From assembly GCF_031769215.1 (NCBI RefSeq), contig NW_026782290.1:186001-250000 (forward strand): a stretch of DNA of 64,000 bases. Direction: 5' to 3'. Every line of letters begins with the position of its first letter. Within the stretch, counting starts at the first letter, position 1. Under the pieces are notes generated by a model that saw only the letters and a list, made by a program, of their open reading frames with translations, was not told the origin of the DNA and ran no database searches. Made by a program: the position numbers and the translations under genes. Source of the stretch: Ylistrum balloti. Its lineage: Eukaryota. This document shows positions 14,285 through 26,496 of the stretch, piece after piece.

Positions 14285-14965
14285 GGTATCAAGTCAAGTC
14301 GCCCCCTATTATCTCAAGACAGGTCGCCCCCTGTCAAGACAGCTCGCCCCCTACATCAAGACAAGTCGCCCCCTTTATCAGAAGAAAAATAATGAATAAA
14401 AATATAATCATTTTGTTGTTTGATGCTATTTTATTTATTCCAATTATAAGAATTATGTACACATATACCACATACATACACATTTACACACACCTTTACA
14501 TGCACGTTATCATTATATCATATAAATAACATCAATCATAAATCAGATATTCAATCATCATATATACACACATTTACATGCACCTTTATTTTAAGAACAT
14601 CCATAGGCTAAACAAATCTACAATAATAGTAATACATTTAGAATGATTTAATATACATGGACTCGCTTTATTCTAATTAAATAGAAACACAATATTATAA
14701 ACAATAAAACATATGCACATGCAAACACACTACACTGTTTCTGCTCTTCATATAATGTCTGGTTTATAGTCACTTATAGTCACTGATAACTTATACACTG
14801 TCACTGGTCACTGACGCATAACACCTCATTATATTTTTGGGTGGCGAGTTGTCTTGAAATATGGGGGCGACTTGTCTTACGAGGGGGCGACTTGTCTTAC
14901 GAGGAGGCGACTTGCCTTATTTAGGATTGGGGCGACTTGTCTTGGGGGCGATTTGACTTGCATTC
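14285..14965. mobile_element. Non-autonomous DNA transposon (MITE) with 8-bp TSD and subterminal tandem repeats
   Basis: GTGATAGT is directly duplicated at 14277-14284 and 14966-14973. Imperfect TIRs GGTATCAAGTCAAGTCGCCCCC / GGGGGCGATTTGACTTGCATTC. There are 4 GACAAGTCGCCCCC-type repeats at the left end and about 6 inverted copies at the right end. The interior is AT-rich and non-coding. Confidence 0.85.
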
Positions 14966-15559
14966 GTGATAGTATATGGTGGATACTGAAATGTTTGGAG
15001 TTAATCACCAACAACTTTAATTCTGCGAATTGCACAGGAAAACTAATAGAATAAGTAAATACACGTTGTTCACTCACGTGTAAAAATCCTTATGAATTAC
15101 ACAAGATTTGACATTTTTAAATGACAGTGTTTCATACTAGTAATATATTTTGCGAAAAAGTTAATTACTGTACGTGTACATGTTATGTCACTCATCTGGT
15201 TTTGTTTTTGACGTAACGTATTGATTTATCTTCTACTTAAATCATTAAATATGGCAATTTCATTTTTATCAACAATTTTACAAAACATTTACATTTCTCA
15301 GTCTATGTTATGTTGTGTAACATATACAACTTCTTTTATTTTTATGTCACCGTCCGTAATGGACGACTGACTTTGAATCCTACTTCATGTCGTATTTCAG
15401 ACTTCACTACACCGCTTCACAATTTACTGGTGTCCCATTTCACGCGACTGTTGTCAAATCCACGTCGTGTGTTATTTAATGTTGTGACCTGCGTGTAGTG
15501 GAACTGACTACGTTGAGAACCGATTATCAAAATACTTTTACAGAAAAACTCGTTTCGAA

Positions 15560-16661
15560 ATGTGCACAGACAAGTCAGAAACAGATATGACTGTGAATAG
15601 GGTAAGTATTTGTATTAACATGTGTTGCATATTTAATAATCAGTCGTAAATGCGATGTAGGTCATGTACAGAATTACATTCAATTGTTTTTACGATGGTC
15701 CGGTTCCGTGTTTTGAGGACTGTATAAAAAAACTTTCTAATGAATAACACCTTTCAGTTCCAAAGAATCAGAGAACGAAACCGAACAGCTGCTTCATCAT
15801 TCTAAGATCTGTCAGTGAAGTTAATCACCTAAACTATAGGGACCTAGGAGACAACCGTAGAAAATTCACATTGTTCGTTGTATAACACATTTAGTGTAAA
15901 CTGAAACATCCCGTACAGCTTAAATGTGAATCAACACGAAGCTATATGACATATAAAACAAATGCTGAACAACTGTATCGGTTTTATAACCAAAAATATT
16001 AGCACATATTTCTTTTGGTAACTTTTGTGCACATTTTCAAATTTCTTTAAGTCTATTTGATATGTTTAATAGATAAATGTACTTCCTTCGGGCTACGGAC
16101 ATATTTCATTTCCTGTTATTCCAAAACTGTTCGAACTGAATTCGCCTTAACACGATGTAGGGGAGGTTACTCGTGTGTTATTTGATACGAATTGATGTCA
16201 GTTGTTGGTGTTGCAGTGATTGTATGATATACTATTATCTTGTATAATAATTCAGATATATTTATCCATCCTAGATGGAAGGACTTATATAGGCTATAGC
16301 CGGTTGCCCAGCACCTATTGTTTTTATTTCCAATAAAAATGTTTTTAAAATGAAATCACTAGTACGCCCTGACCATGTTTCGTAACATTACGTTGACAGA
16401 TTCTTCACATTTCTCATATCGAGGTTGATAAAATACACCATGAATACTAATGTGTATTATTTATGCAGTAATATTAACCGGTAAACTTAACACGCAGGTG
16501 TACGGACTAGACTCGCTCGATGATTCGTAACCGTGTTGGGCATACATGATCTCAAAATAAATTACATTCCCTCGATATATAAACGAATGAATAGAGATTC
16601 ATACATTTATAATGTTCCTTACTTATATAAATAAAGGCTGTATGGATTTAGAAATCGTCGC

Positions 16662-16697
<36 letters not shown>

Positions 16698-19600
16698 TGT
16701 CATCATCGTCGTCGTCGTCGTCGTCCTTTATTATTCATTAATGATAATTAAAGATAGTTATTCAGTTATTAGTTGTCTTACTAATGTATGCGCGACAGAA
16801 TATACAGATGATGCTATCTTGTCTAGGCTGTCATGTCGGTATGATGTTATTAGCGGAATATGATGCTGTCTTGTCTAGGCTGTGTCATGTCGGTATGCTG
16901 TTACTCGGCGGGATATGATATAACAGAATTGTCATTGACTAAAGTTTTAGACTTCATAACACTAAATTTGAATGCAGTAGGAAACAGAAGGATTCATGTA
17001 AAACGAGTTTCAAATTAACATTGCTGTGATTGTCAGGTGTCATAAATAGAGAAGATCCATTGTTAGGTTTCCGAGATGATCTACACTATACTGTTAAAGT
17101 AAATAAGTGGTGTAAGTGTTAACCGATATACCTTTATCTGTACTGGTCTTTTTTTTTTTATAAAAAAAATAGCAACATGCCGAAGATAAAGATGAGGACC
17201 AGACCGGAAGCGGACACTCATGTTGCTGCTTAAAAGGAGCCGTTGGGACGATCCTGTCATGCACTGCTATCTTCTTCAGTTTTTCCTTGGTGGATCAATG
17301 GATTACTACAAAGGACGAGGCCCTCGGTTACACAGCCGATTGGGGCGAGAGCGGACAACGCGAGGTTCGACGTGTGTACACTGGTGTCAGTTCCATCGCA
17401 AGTAAATAATGCTTACATCAGCAAATCAACACAAACCATTTTCTATTATGAAATAAAAATATTCGGAAGTTTACAAATTATCTGTAATTATAAAAATAAT
17501 CAGACTTAATTCTTGTTATATAATTTATAATATTACAGCAATATTCGCGGCCCTGATTTCGCTGAAGGTGGGTTACCGAATAGTGGCAATAAGTGGCTGC
17601 TTAATGATGATGTGTGGCATGTTCGTGGCATCTTGGCTCGACAAAGCCGCCATAGGCCTGATCGGAGTACTCATCGGTGGCATCGCAGGTATGTTTTTCA
17701 CTGTAAGTCACGCGTGATATCGTGACAGACCGGTCAACCGAGCAACTTGTACGAGTTCAATTTCTCTAGAAAAATGTATGACTTTATTTGTCGATCAACT
17801 TTTGTATCATTCAGAAATAAAGACAGCGTAATGCAAAGGAAGATATACTGAAGTTTTGTATATTTCATTGTTTATTTTGGAGCCGATTTGTAGTCAATCA
17901 TTTAATGTCTGTTTTCGTGTCGGTACACAGTCAATAATTAAATGGTCATTCTACAAGACGACATCTTTCCTTTTCAGGTGTTGGAGCCTCTTGTTTGAAA
18001 CTTGTAGCAGTCGTTCCTGTTCTTGAGAACATAGACAACTGCAGGTTCATAGCTGTTGGTGTTGTTAACATTGGGGGTGCATGTGCATCTGTCATTCATT
18101 ATGGAATAATGTCTATAGATGATGTCAATCTAAACTGGAGACTGCTTTATCGATGGCAGATAGTGATCATGATTTTCGCTTTGTTTGTCTCTCTCAGACT
18201 GGGATCTACAAATGAAAAGTGGATCAAGACATATTATTCTCCATTTGATTGGAGCATATTACATCAGAAGTCGTTGTATATTCTGATGACGGTCCTCCTA
18301 TTAGACCGTTTTGGTGAGTAAGATTTTATTTCTATATAAATTCCCATACGACATTTCCGCCTTTTCACGAATTTACATTTATGACACTTTGTACCCAGTG
18401 TTTTCGCTGTCACCTCAATAACTGCGCAACCGCATCGTATTACTTTATTGAATATTCTTCCTGAATTTCGTCATATCACTGACAGAAGTTTTCTCTCTTT
18501 CCAGGTCAGTTCATTTTATCAAAAGAGATCTTTACTTTTTTCGATACGAGCGACAGCTCGTCAGCTCCCTACCTGGGTGGCTTTTTCTACTATGGAGGTC
18601 AGATCCTCGGACCAGTATTTATGTTTTGCTGCATAAAGAAAGAGATAGTGTCCACCTTGTGTTTTATGGGACCGATTGCATTCATCTCTGGAATTTGGAC
18701 AATAGGCGCAACGTGGTCGACAAATCTACTTCATATTTCCATTTATGCTGCTATTTTGGGTATCTCGAAAGGTAAACATTCAACTACCAATCCTTTCAGC
18801 TTTTATCATGTCCAAGGCACTAAAAGACTGTTTTTACATTACAATTTGGAATTATCCCAATAGAAAGAACTCTACAGTTTAAAAAAAGGCGCTTTGGCTT
18901 TGTTTAGCAAGGTTACGCCGTGTTGTGATAAGCAGGTCAAGGGTTGTATTTTCATTGTAATGACAAGATATAATTGCATATTTGAATATAAGTAAATACA
19001 ATGATTAGAAGCTGATATTAATTTATAATATCATATTGCCTACAGCATGTTCTGTTGTCTAGACGGAAGTAGTTACGTGGTACCTAACAGGCCGTACACA
19101 GACGTGGCAAAATCGTATATACAAAATTAGTGCTCTCGCACCAATTGTTGACTAACCCGTACAGTAATCTTTAATATCTGCTAGATTTATCTACACTCAT
19201 CAGTGGGGTTAGAATCACTAGTGAGTCTATCTTTACTGATAGGTCTAATTTTACTGATGAGTCTAGCCTTTCTGATGAATCTAGCCTTATTTATGAGTCT
19301 AATCTTATTAATGAGTCTAACCTTTCTGATCGATCTAACTTCTCTAACCTTACTGAGGAGTCTAACCATATTGATTAGTTTTACCTCAATTTTATAAGTT
19401 AAACTTGACTTATGAGACTAACCTTTATGATCAGTGTAGTCTCGCTGATGCTGATGAGTCAAACCTTTCTGATGAATCAAACCTTACGGATATGTCTAAC
19501 CTTTCTGATGAGTCAAACCTTACTGATGAGTCAAACCTTACTGATGAATCGAACATTACTGATGAGTCAAACCTTACTGATGAGTCAAACCTTTCTGATG

Positions 19601-21433
19601 AATCAAACCTTACTGATGTGAGTCAAACCTTACTGATGATACTGATGAGTCAAACCTTACTGATGTGTCTAACCTTACTGATGAGTCAAACCTTACTGAT
19701 GAGTCAAACCTTACTGATGAATCAAACCTTACGGATATGTCTAACCTTTCTGATGAGTCAAACCTTACTGATGAGTCAAACCTTACTGATGAATCGAACA
19801 TTACTGATGAGTCAAACCTTACTGATGTGTCTAACCTTACTGATGAGTCAAACCTTACTGATGAGTCAAACCTTACTGATGTGTCTAACCTTTCTAACGA
19901 ATCTAACTTCTCGACAGTAAAATTATACATAGATCACGTTAACCCTGTAACAATTACTGTTGTCGTTGTGATTCATTTCAGTACAGTGGAAATAGATAAG
20001 GAGTTCTAATTAGACCAACAATATATCAATATATATCTCCTGGACACTAGTGACACTAACGGATGGTCGGACCACCATTGTGGTAATGTACAATGCACTA
20101 AAAAAACTTCGTGCACACATCATCAGCACACACGCTATATACATTATCTAGTGTCCAACTGTGTGATAGGATCGCACATTTAATGCGATTTGTTAAAAAG
20201 GTTAGCTAATTTACGGACTGAAAGTTAAACGGAAAACTCGTGTATTTATGACTACATATCATGCATATCAGGAATATAACTTGTCTTATGCGACACGTCT
20301 TTCTAACCCTTTTTCATTTGTCTGTTGTAGTGGCGTTCACTACTCTTCTCCAAAACCTGATTCCAACTGTGTACGGGAAGAAGAACGTACGGATTGTTAA
20401 AGGCCTTTTAGAATTCAGTGCTGGTGTTGGTATTCTGCTGTCATCGCCATGTCAGTGTACGTATCTGAACAATTTGTTTACATATTTAATGTAAGTACTA
20501 GTACACTAATGCTTTGTGACTCCACATACAGAACACAAGTTGATCATTCATGTAACGCTGGCAATATTGTATAAGTACCAAGTCTCCAGTGTAACTGTTC
20601 AATACTGACCTGGTTGGCCAATATCAGCATGACGGAAGCCATCGATGAAGCAGAAGACGCTTACTCTTCCGTATCATCTATGTTTACATTCCTTTTACTT
20701 AGTAGTATCCACGTAAATGATTTATCGATTTTGAGTTTGGATTATGTTTTTTTTTGTAGAAATCAATTACGATACTAATAAATAATTCACTTAAATCTAA
20801 ACTCCATAACTCTACTGTAATGTTGTATAATTTGCCTATCAACTGATTGCGGAGTGTTGTCATGACGATGGGTTTACCCAATCATTTGCTTAAGGAACAC
20901 CGTTTTAGATTTCTTCGTCTATAAATGTGTATGACGATGCATCTTCTAAGGGTGGTCGGGTGGCGCGGTGTTAACGCACTCGCCTTTCACCTAGCCGACC
21001 GGGGTTCGATTCCCGGAACGAACGTGAAAAGGTAAGGGATCACCAGCCCGACCACGTGGTTTTTTCCCGGGTACTCCGGTTTCCTCCCACAATAAGAACC
21101 CTCGCGCGCTTACATCCGGGCCAACAAGAGTGATTAGTATAAGTTGACATAACTTGTTTCGCAATTGTTGTAAAATAAATAAAGTTTATATTTATATTTA
21201 ATATTTCTGATTACACGAATGCACATTTAATCACCGTAGGTGTTGACATTGTTGCAGATGCTGTGGGAATGAGTTATGATGAAGTGGAGCGGTACAAGCC
21301 AGCGTTTTACTTAGCCGGATGTGCCCTGGTGTTAGCATCCGGTTTTGTTTTCTTGTGCGTCCAAGTTGTTAGAGAGACAGAAGACTACGCGAAAGTATCT
21401 GTCGTCAACGAAATTGCAATGGAAGAAACATGA
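15560..21433 (+). CDS. SLC16/monocarboxylate-transporter-like MFS protein, paralog B; exons 15560-15601, 17173-17401, 17539-17688, 17978-18313, 18505-18771, 20331-20456, 21240-21433
   Basis: First exon MCTDKSETDMTVNR|gtaagt. The remaining exons are homologous to paralog A with identical phases, and three have identical lengths (150, 267, 126 nt). The frame is open through ...YKPAFYLAGCALVLASGFVFLCVQVVRETEDYAKVSVVNEIAMEET*. Confidence 0.9.
16662..16725. repeat. Compound (CAT)n/(CGT)n microsatellite
   Basis: Seen directly. It lies in intron 1 of paralog B. Confidence 0.95.
19190..19910. repeat. 18-bp minisatellite (ACTGATGAGTCAAACCTT) in an intron of MCT paralog B
   Basis: Tandem 18-nt units. 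The left part is degenerate (GAGTCTA variants) and the right part is homogenised (GAGTCAA). Confidence 0.95.
20950..21200 (+). mobile_element. tRNA-derived SINE with V-domain (V-SINE type)
   Basis: A-box-like TGGCGCGGTG (20961), B box GGTTCGATTCC (21003-21013), V-domain core TTTTCCCGGGTACTCCGGTTTCCTCCCAC (21061-21090), and an AATAAA plus (TTTATA)n tail. Confidence 0.85.
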
Positions 21434-23479
21434 TTATTTCGGATTTTCTTAATATGTCAGTTTTGTAAAACAATTACTGCATATATACTGTATTACTCAA
21501 ACGTATGTGTGAATCCAACGATAAAACAAACATAGGCATAAAGATAGGTACGTAAAAACTATATTTTCATTGCACAATACGCCTGTTAACCAGGGGATAT
21601 TTTTGAGTGAATGTCACAAATGTAATACATCCTGGAACGTTTTTGATTGGATACGCCAGTCAGAGATCGATAGCGATGTCATAATATGAAGTATGATGTT
21701 ATGTCATGCACGCAAAATATGGCGGCGTTCATTTAACTTTGTCCTTCGCTTTTTTACTTTTAAATCTGTCAAAATATAATTTTTCTAAATTATGTGATCA
21801 AAAGTAACTAGAGTTCGTTTTAATTTCATAAAAGATCCTATGGAAAATTTAAAATTATGTTTCATCGAATCTCGTTTGAAATTAAAATTGATTTAAGATC
21901 TTATGTATATTATCTTATTTTGATGAGCTGTACATTTACCTTTAAACTTTTTCAGAGTTCTCTGATTGCCACAAGACACTCCTCTTCGCTGTAATTAGAT
22001 CAATTGCTACTGGAAACTGCTTTAAAATATTAAAGTAACGATATGCAAAATAAATAATGTTGAAAAATAGACATAAGAAGATATTACGTTTATATATAAC
22101 CCAAATAGTTCCATTGGAGAGCCTAACAGTAGAAACGTTCAGGAAAAGGTAAGGCTGATACCGCCTCCGTATATCTATTGCCTAGAAATAAGAATAAGCT
22201 TGCGACTGACTTGAAGTAGTGGCTTTCACCCTTTAAATGGCTTTTGATTTTCATCTGTATGTATATTGTCTGTACGTTTCCTATATAATTCACTACGTCG
22301 TCACATTAGATTTACCTATGATGTTAAACAATTGCTACACACATTTGAAATCCGTTAGAATTCAAACATTTTAAAGATGTATGAAATAGTACAAATATTT
22401 AAGTCATTTATGGAAGTCTGAACGTAAAATACAGGTACAAATGTACATATATAAGACTGATGAGGACTGTTTGCCAGACCCTGAGAGATATCTTGGGTTC
22501 CGTTGTGCTGAAGTACCTTTCACAGGTCCGGCCCGAATCTGGAAACGTACTGAATGAACGGGACCCAAGACTCGCAGCGGCAGGGATAAAGGCCATGCCC
22601 AGTCAGCTTCATCCTAGCTCTGCTGAATACTCGGTGAAAATAGGACTTATCCCATATGATAAACAAATATATACTGGATAATTCTGATTACTAGCTTATT
22701 CTTTCAAAGAGAACAAAAATGTTTCATTTCATTAAAGCAGTTAATTGTCAATTAAATTATACAAATGTATTGTTTTTTTATTAGATATTAATTGTCTCAT
22801 GTTTTATCTACAATTCTTTTTTCATAAAAAACATCTATCTTGATAACATAAGAATGTCTGACCAATAGCATTAGGTTTGTAGACATATTTGTAGATTTAG
22901 TGTTTCATCCAAACTATTCTATGTGTCATCCTCATTTTCACGATTAAGACCCTCAGCACATTGACGAATCCTTGAGGGAAGACATATTTTCTCAAGCCCT
23001 ATTAAGGATAAATGAAAATCTGATGCTCAAAATAAAAAAAAAATTTTGGTGCTGGTTTTGGAAAGGGTAAAAAAATAATAGAGCGTAATTAAAAGAAAAA
23101 ATGTCTCCCGTTACAGGCGTCAAAATTTGTGTCATAGAAATATGCGTTTTTGGATTTTTTGTTTATTTAACAAGAATTATTGTTTATTTTTTAAGCGATT
23201 TTTGTTTCCTTTTCCTTTATCATAGAAATACAATAGAATCCTACTGGGATAATATGCACAACATGATCTCAAATTTTCAATTTGATTTGACAGCTGCAAA
23301 TCTCCATAGCAACCAAAGTGTAATTTTTTGAAATGTTGCTTAAAAAACTAATGAAAAGAAGGGATCACTGTACTCTTGCAGTGATATAACTTTGGTTGAT
23401 CTAATCACATTCGTTCGTAGTTTGACATAAGTTTCTGATCTTAATTGAGGTGAGAACGGTAATTAACACTATAATCCAG

Positions 23480-25530
23480 GATACAGGACAGAGAGTCGTC
23501 TCCACACTGTTAGGATAGAAGCTTCGGAGATCAAACACATTTTACGAATATTGAAACTTGGAAAAGCTTCAGGAAGTGATGGCATTAGTCATCACATGTT
23601 GAGATTCACTGCAAATACTGTCTGTAAACCGCTAATGCTACTTTTTAATCTATCCCTTACTAGTGGAATTTACCCTAAGGCTTGGGAAAAAGCCAAGGTT
23701 ATGCCTCTTTATAAAAATAAAGGTGACAAACACGACGCTACAAATTATAGACCTATTTCATTATTATCTGCTGTTGGTAAAGTTTTTGAAAGAATCGTTT
23801 TTAAACATGTTCATAATCATTTGTTAAATAACTCTCTTTTTCTTGAACACCAATCGCGATTTATGTCAGGTCATTCAACCGTTTATCACTGAATGGAAAT
23901 TTTTCATAGAGTTTGTTAATCTTTAGATGAGAAGAAGCACGCATGTCTGGTTTTTTGTGACATATCGAAGGCCTTTCATAGGGTTTGGCATCAGGGCCTT
24001 CTAATAAAATTAAAGTCTTATAATATTTCTGGAGATTTGTTGAAATGGTTAGAAAATTATCTCTCTCATAGATATCAACAAGTTTTTGTTGGTAATTCTG
24101 TTTCGGATATAGGGTTCATTAAAGCTGGAGTTCCTCAAGGGTCAATTCTTGCTCCGTTGCTTTTTCCTGTTTATATCAATGATGTTGCTGAAAATTTTCA
24201 ATCTGCATCACGTCTTTTTGCTGATGATACCTTTCTAATGCACACTTCTTCTTCTTGCAATGAAATTTCTACGTTACTGAACCGTGATTTAGAAGCATTA
24301 AATGTCTGGTCCAAAAAATGGTTAGTTAATGTTAATCCAAGTAAGACTGATGTAATGTTTGTTTCGAATGCTAATAATCTCGAGGATTTTGAACTACAGT
24401 TTGATGGAATATTTTTAGAATTTAGTGAAATTCATAGACATCTAGGAGTTACTTTGAAAGCCAAAGGTAAGTGGGAGACCATATTTATAGTATTCAAGTT
24501 TTGAGAAAACTTAGATATATTCTTAAAAGGGAGACCCTATCTAGAATTTATCTTACACTCATTTTACCTATCTTTGAGGATGCGTGCGAAGTGTGGGACG
24601 GATGTACTAACGACGAATGTAATATGTTAGAATTATTACAGGTTTGCCTTCCTATGTTAATAATGCATCATTATATTATGAATCAGGTTTGGAAACACTT
24701 TTAGAAAGACGTAAAAGGCGCAAATTGCAACTTTTATATAAAATGAAACATGAAAAAACACCAAATTTTCTAAATGTTTTATCGCCACCACCAACTGTAG
24801 ACCAAATTAACCCGTATAGCCTGAGAAATAGAAATAATTTCACTTTACCTAATTATAGATTATCACATACAAATTTGTCGTTCATCCCTTCCACAATTCG
24901 TTTATGGAATAATTTAGATTTATCGGTCAGGTTACAACCATCACTTAGGCGTTTTAAAAAGGCTTTGCTTTCTGGTCAAAGAGAGTTGACTCCGCCCCCT
25001 TATTTCAATTATGGAGAGAGAGAAAACTAAATATTATTCATACAAAATTAAGACATGCGTGCAGTTCTTTAAATTACGATCTTTTCCGTGTGAATCTCGT
25101 GAATTCTCCAATGTGTTGCTGTGGTTTTGCCTGTGAAGATAACTATCATTTCTTCTTCGTTTGTCCAAATTACCAAAATCAGAGACTTACTATGTTAAAT
25201 GACTTAAATATACTACGTTTTAATCACATAATTGATATTGATTTACTACTTTTTGGGGATAATCAATTACCTTTCGATATTAATATAGACATTTTTAGAA
25301 TAGTACAAATTTATATAAGGGCCAGCAATAGATTTACAATTTAAGTTACTACAAACCAGCATTGTATATAGAAAGTTCGTTAGTTATTATGTTTCTGTTG
25401 TGTCCGTTATACCATCACCTTAAAATTTATACAAATGTTAATCGGAGAGGGCGTTGATAATGTTGAAATAACTTGTGCCCAATCCGTTGTTGTCAAATTT
25501 TTGGCAAATAAGATATGTTTAAACCAATAA
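23480..25530 (+). mobile_element. 5'-truncated CR1-type LINE; RT pseudogene with 3' end
   Basis: KASGSDGI, KAKVMPLYK.KGD...NYRPISLLS..GKVFERI, FCDISKAFHRVWH, GVPQGSILAPLLF..YIND, RLFADDT, and C-terminal SPMCCCGFACEDNYHFFFVCP. It is interrupted by stops and frameshifts. An AT-rich 3' tail ends near ccaataaac. Confidence 0.93.
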
Positions 25531-26496
25531 ACTTGTTTTTTCCACATAAATAATGATATTCATTTGTATAAAAATAAAACAAAACACATTTTACTTTCAA
25601 TCTTTTTGTTGTAAAACTCTAGAATGACTGCACTTTGATAACACAATTCATCATAAGTAACATTTAACACGCACTAAACTTTGCGCTATCACAGAATTGC
25701 ACAGTGTTAAAGTCTTGTCACATGATTTACATATTATCAGTTCATACTGTCATCAGCCTAACACTTTGTTTTCACAATTACGACATTTTCGTTGACAGCA
25801 CGTTCACGCCTTCGACTATAGTAGAACAGCTACGTGGAAACCTGACAAATATTTCGAAATACATTCGTTATTTCGTCATTTCACCCATTAAAAAAACTAC
25901 ATGTATGTGTAGACAAAACGCTTACTTTTACAAGTACTATTATAACATATCTGTTGATAATTTAAAGAGCCAAATAGAAGTTTCCATTTAATTTCTAACT
26001 TCCAAACGCGTACCGGTGGAAACTCATGGACGTTACATGTAGCAATTCGGCTTTCAATATTGCTCGTTATTGTTTAGCTTAAGTGTAAAAATATTTTTGA
26101 TAGTTTAAGGCGTGTTTGAATTAATTCCGGACAACTGAAATGCCGTGATTGTATAATTACACTTTACCGCAATTTCAGTGTCGAGCAACATGAAAACAGT
26201 AAAGATCCCTAATGGGGCAATAATTTTAAATTTATGACATTAAATGCGATGCTGCGTCCGTCTCTATATAATTGAACTTTAATGAATGCGATGAAGACAT
26301 TTATTCTTTTATATGATGTGATTGTGTATTTAAGAAAAGAAAATTTTCCTTAATTCCTTTGATACGTTAGGTTATTGTACACACGTCCATCCCCGGAAGG
26401 TAACATAACCATCGTTTCCTGTCCATCTCTAGTCTCTACATCAGAAATCTGGCCCCTCCTTGCTGCAGAAGAATCAGTCACTCTAACCATACACAA

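Noticed and set aside
19440-19910. Tandem minimal hammerhead ribozymes (CTGATGAG..AAAC)
   Set aside because: The required GAAA and stems II/III are absent (the sequence is GTCAAAC).
19405-20009. (DESNLT)n glycoprotein ORF with an N-glycosylation sequon in each repeat
   Set aside because: It is intronic in MCT-B, the frame shifts mid-array, and there is no signal peptide or convincing splice sites.
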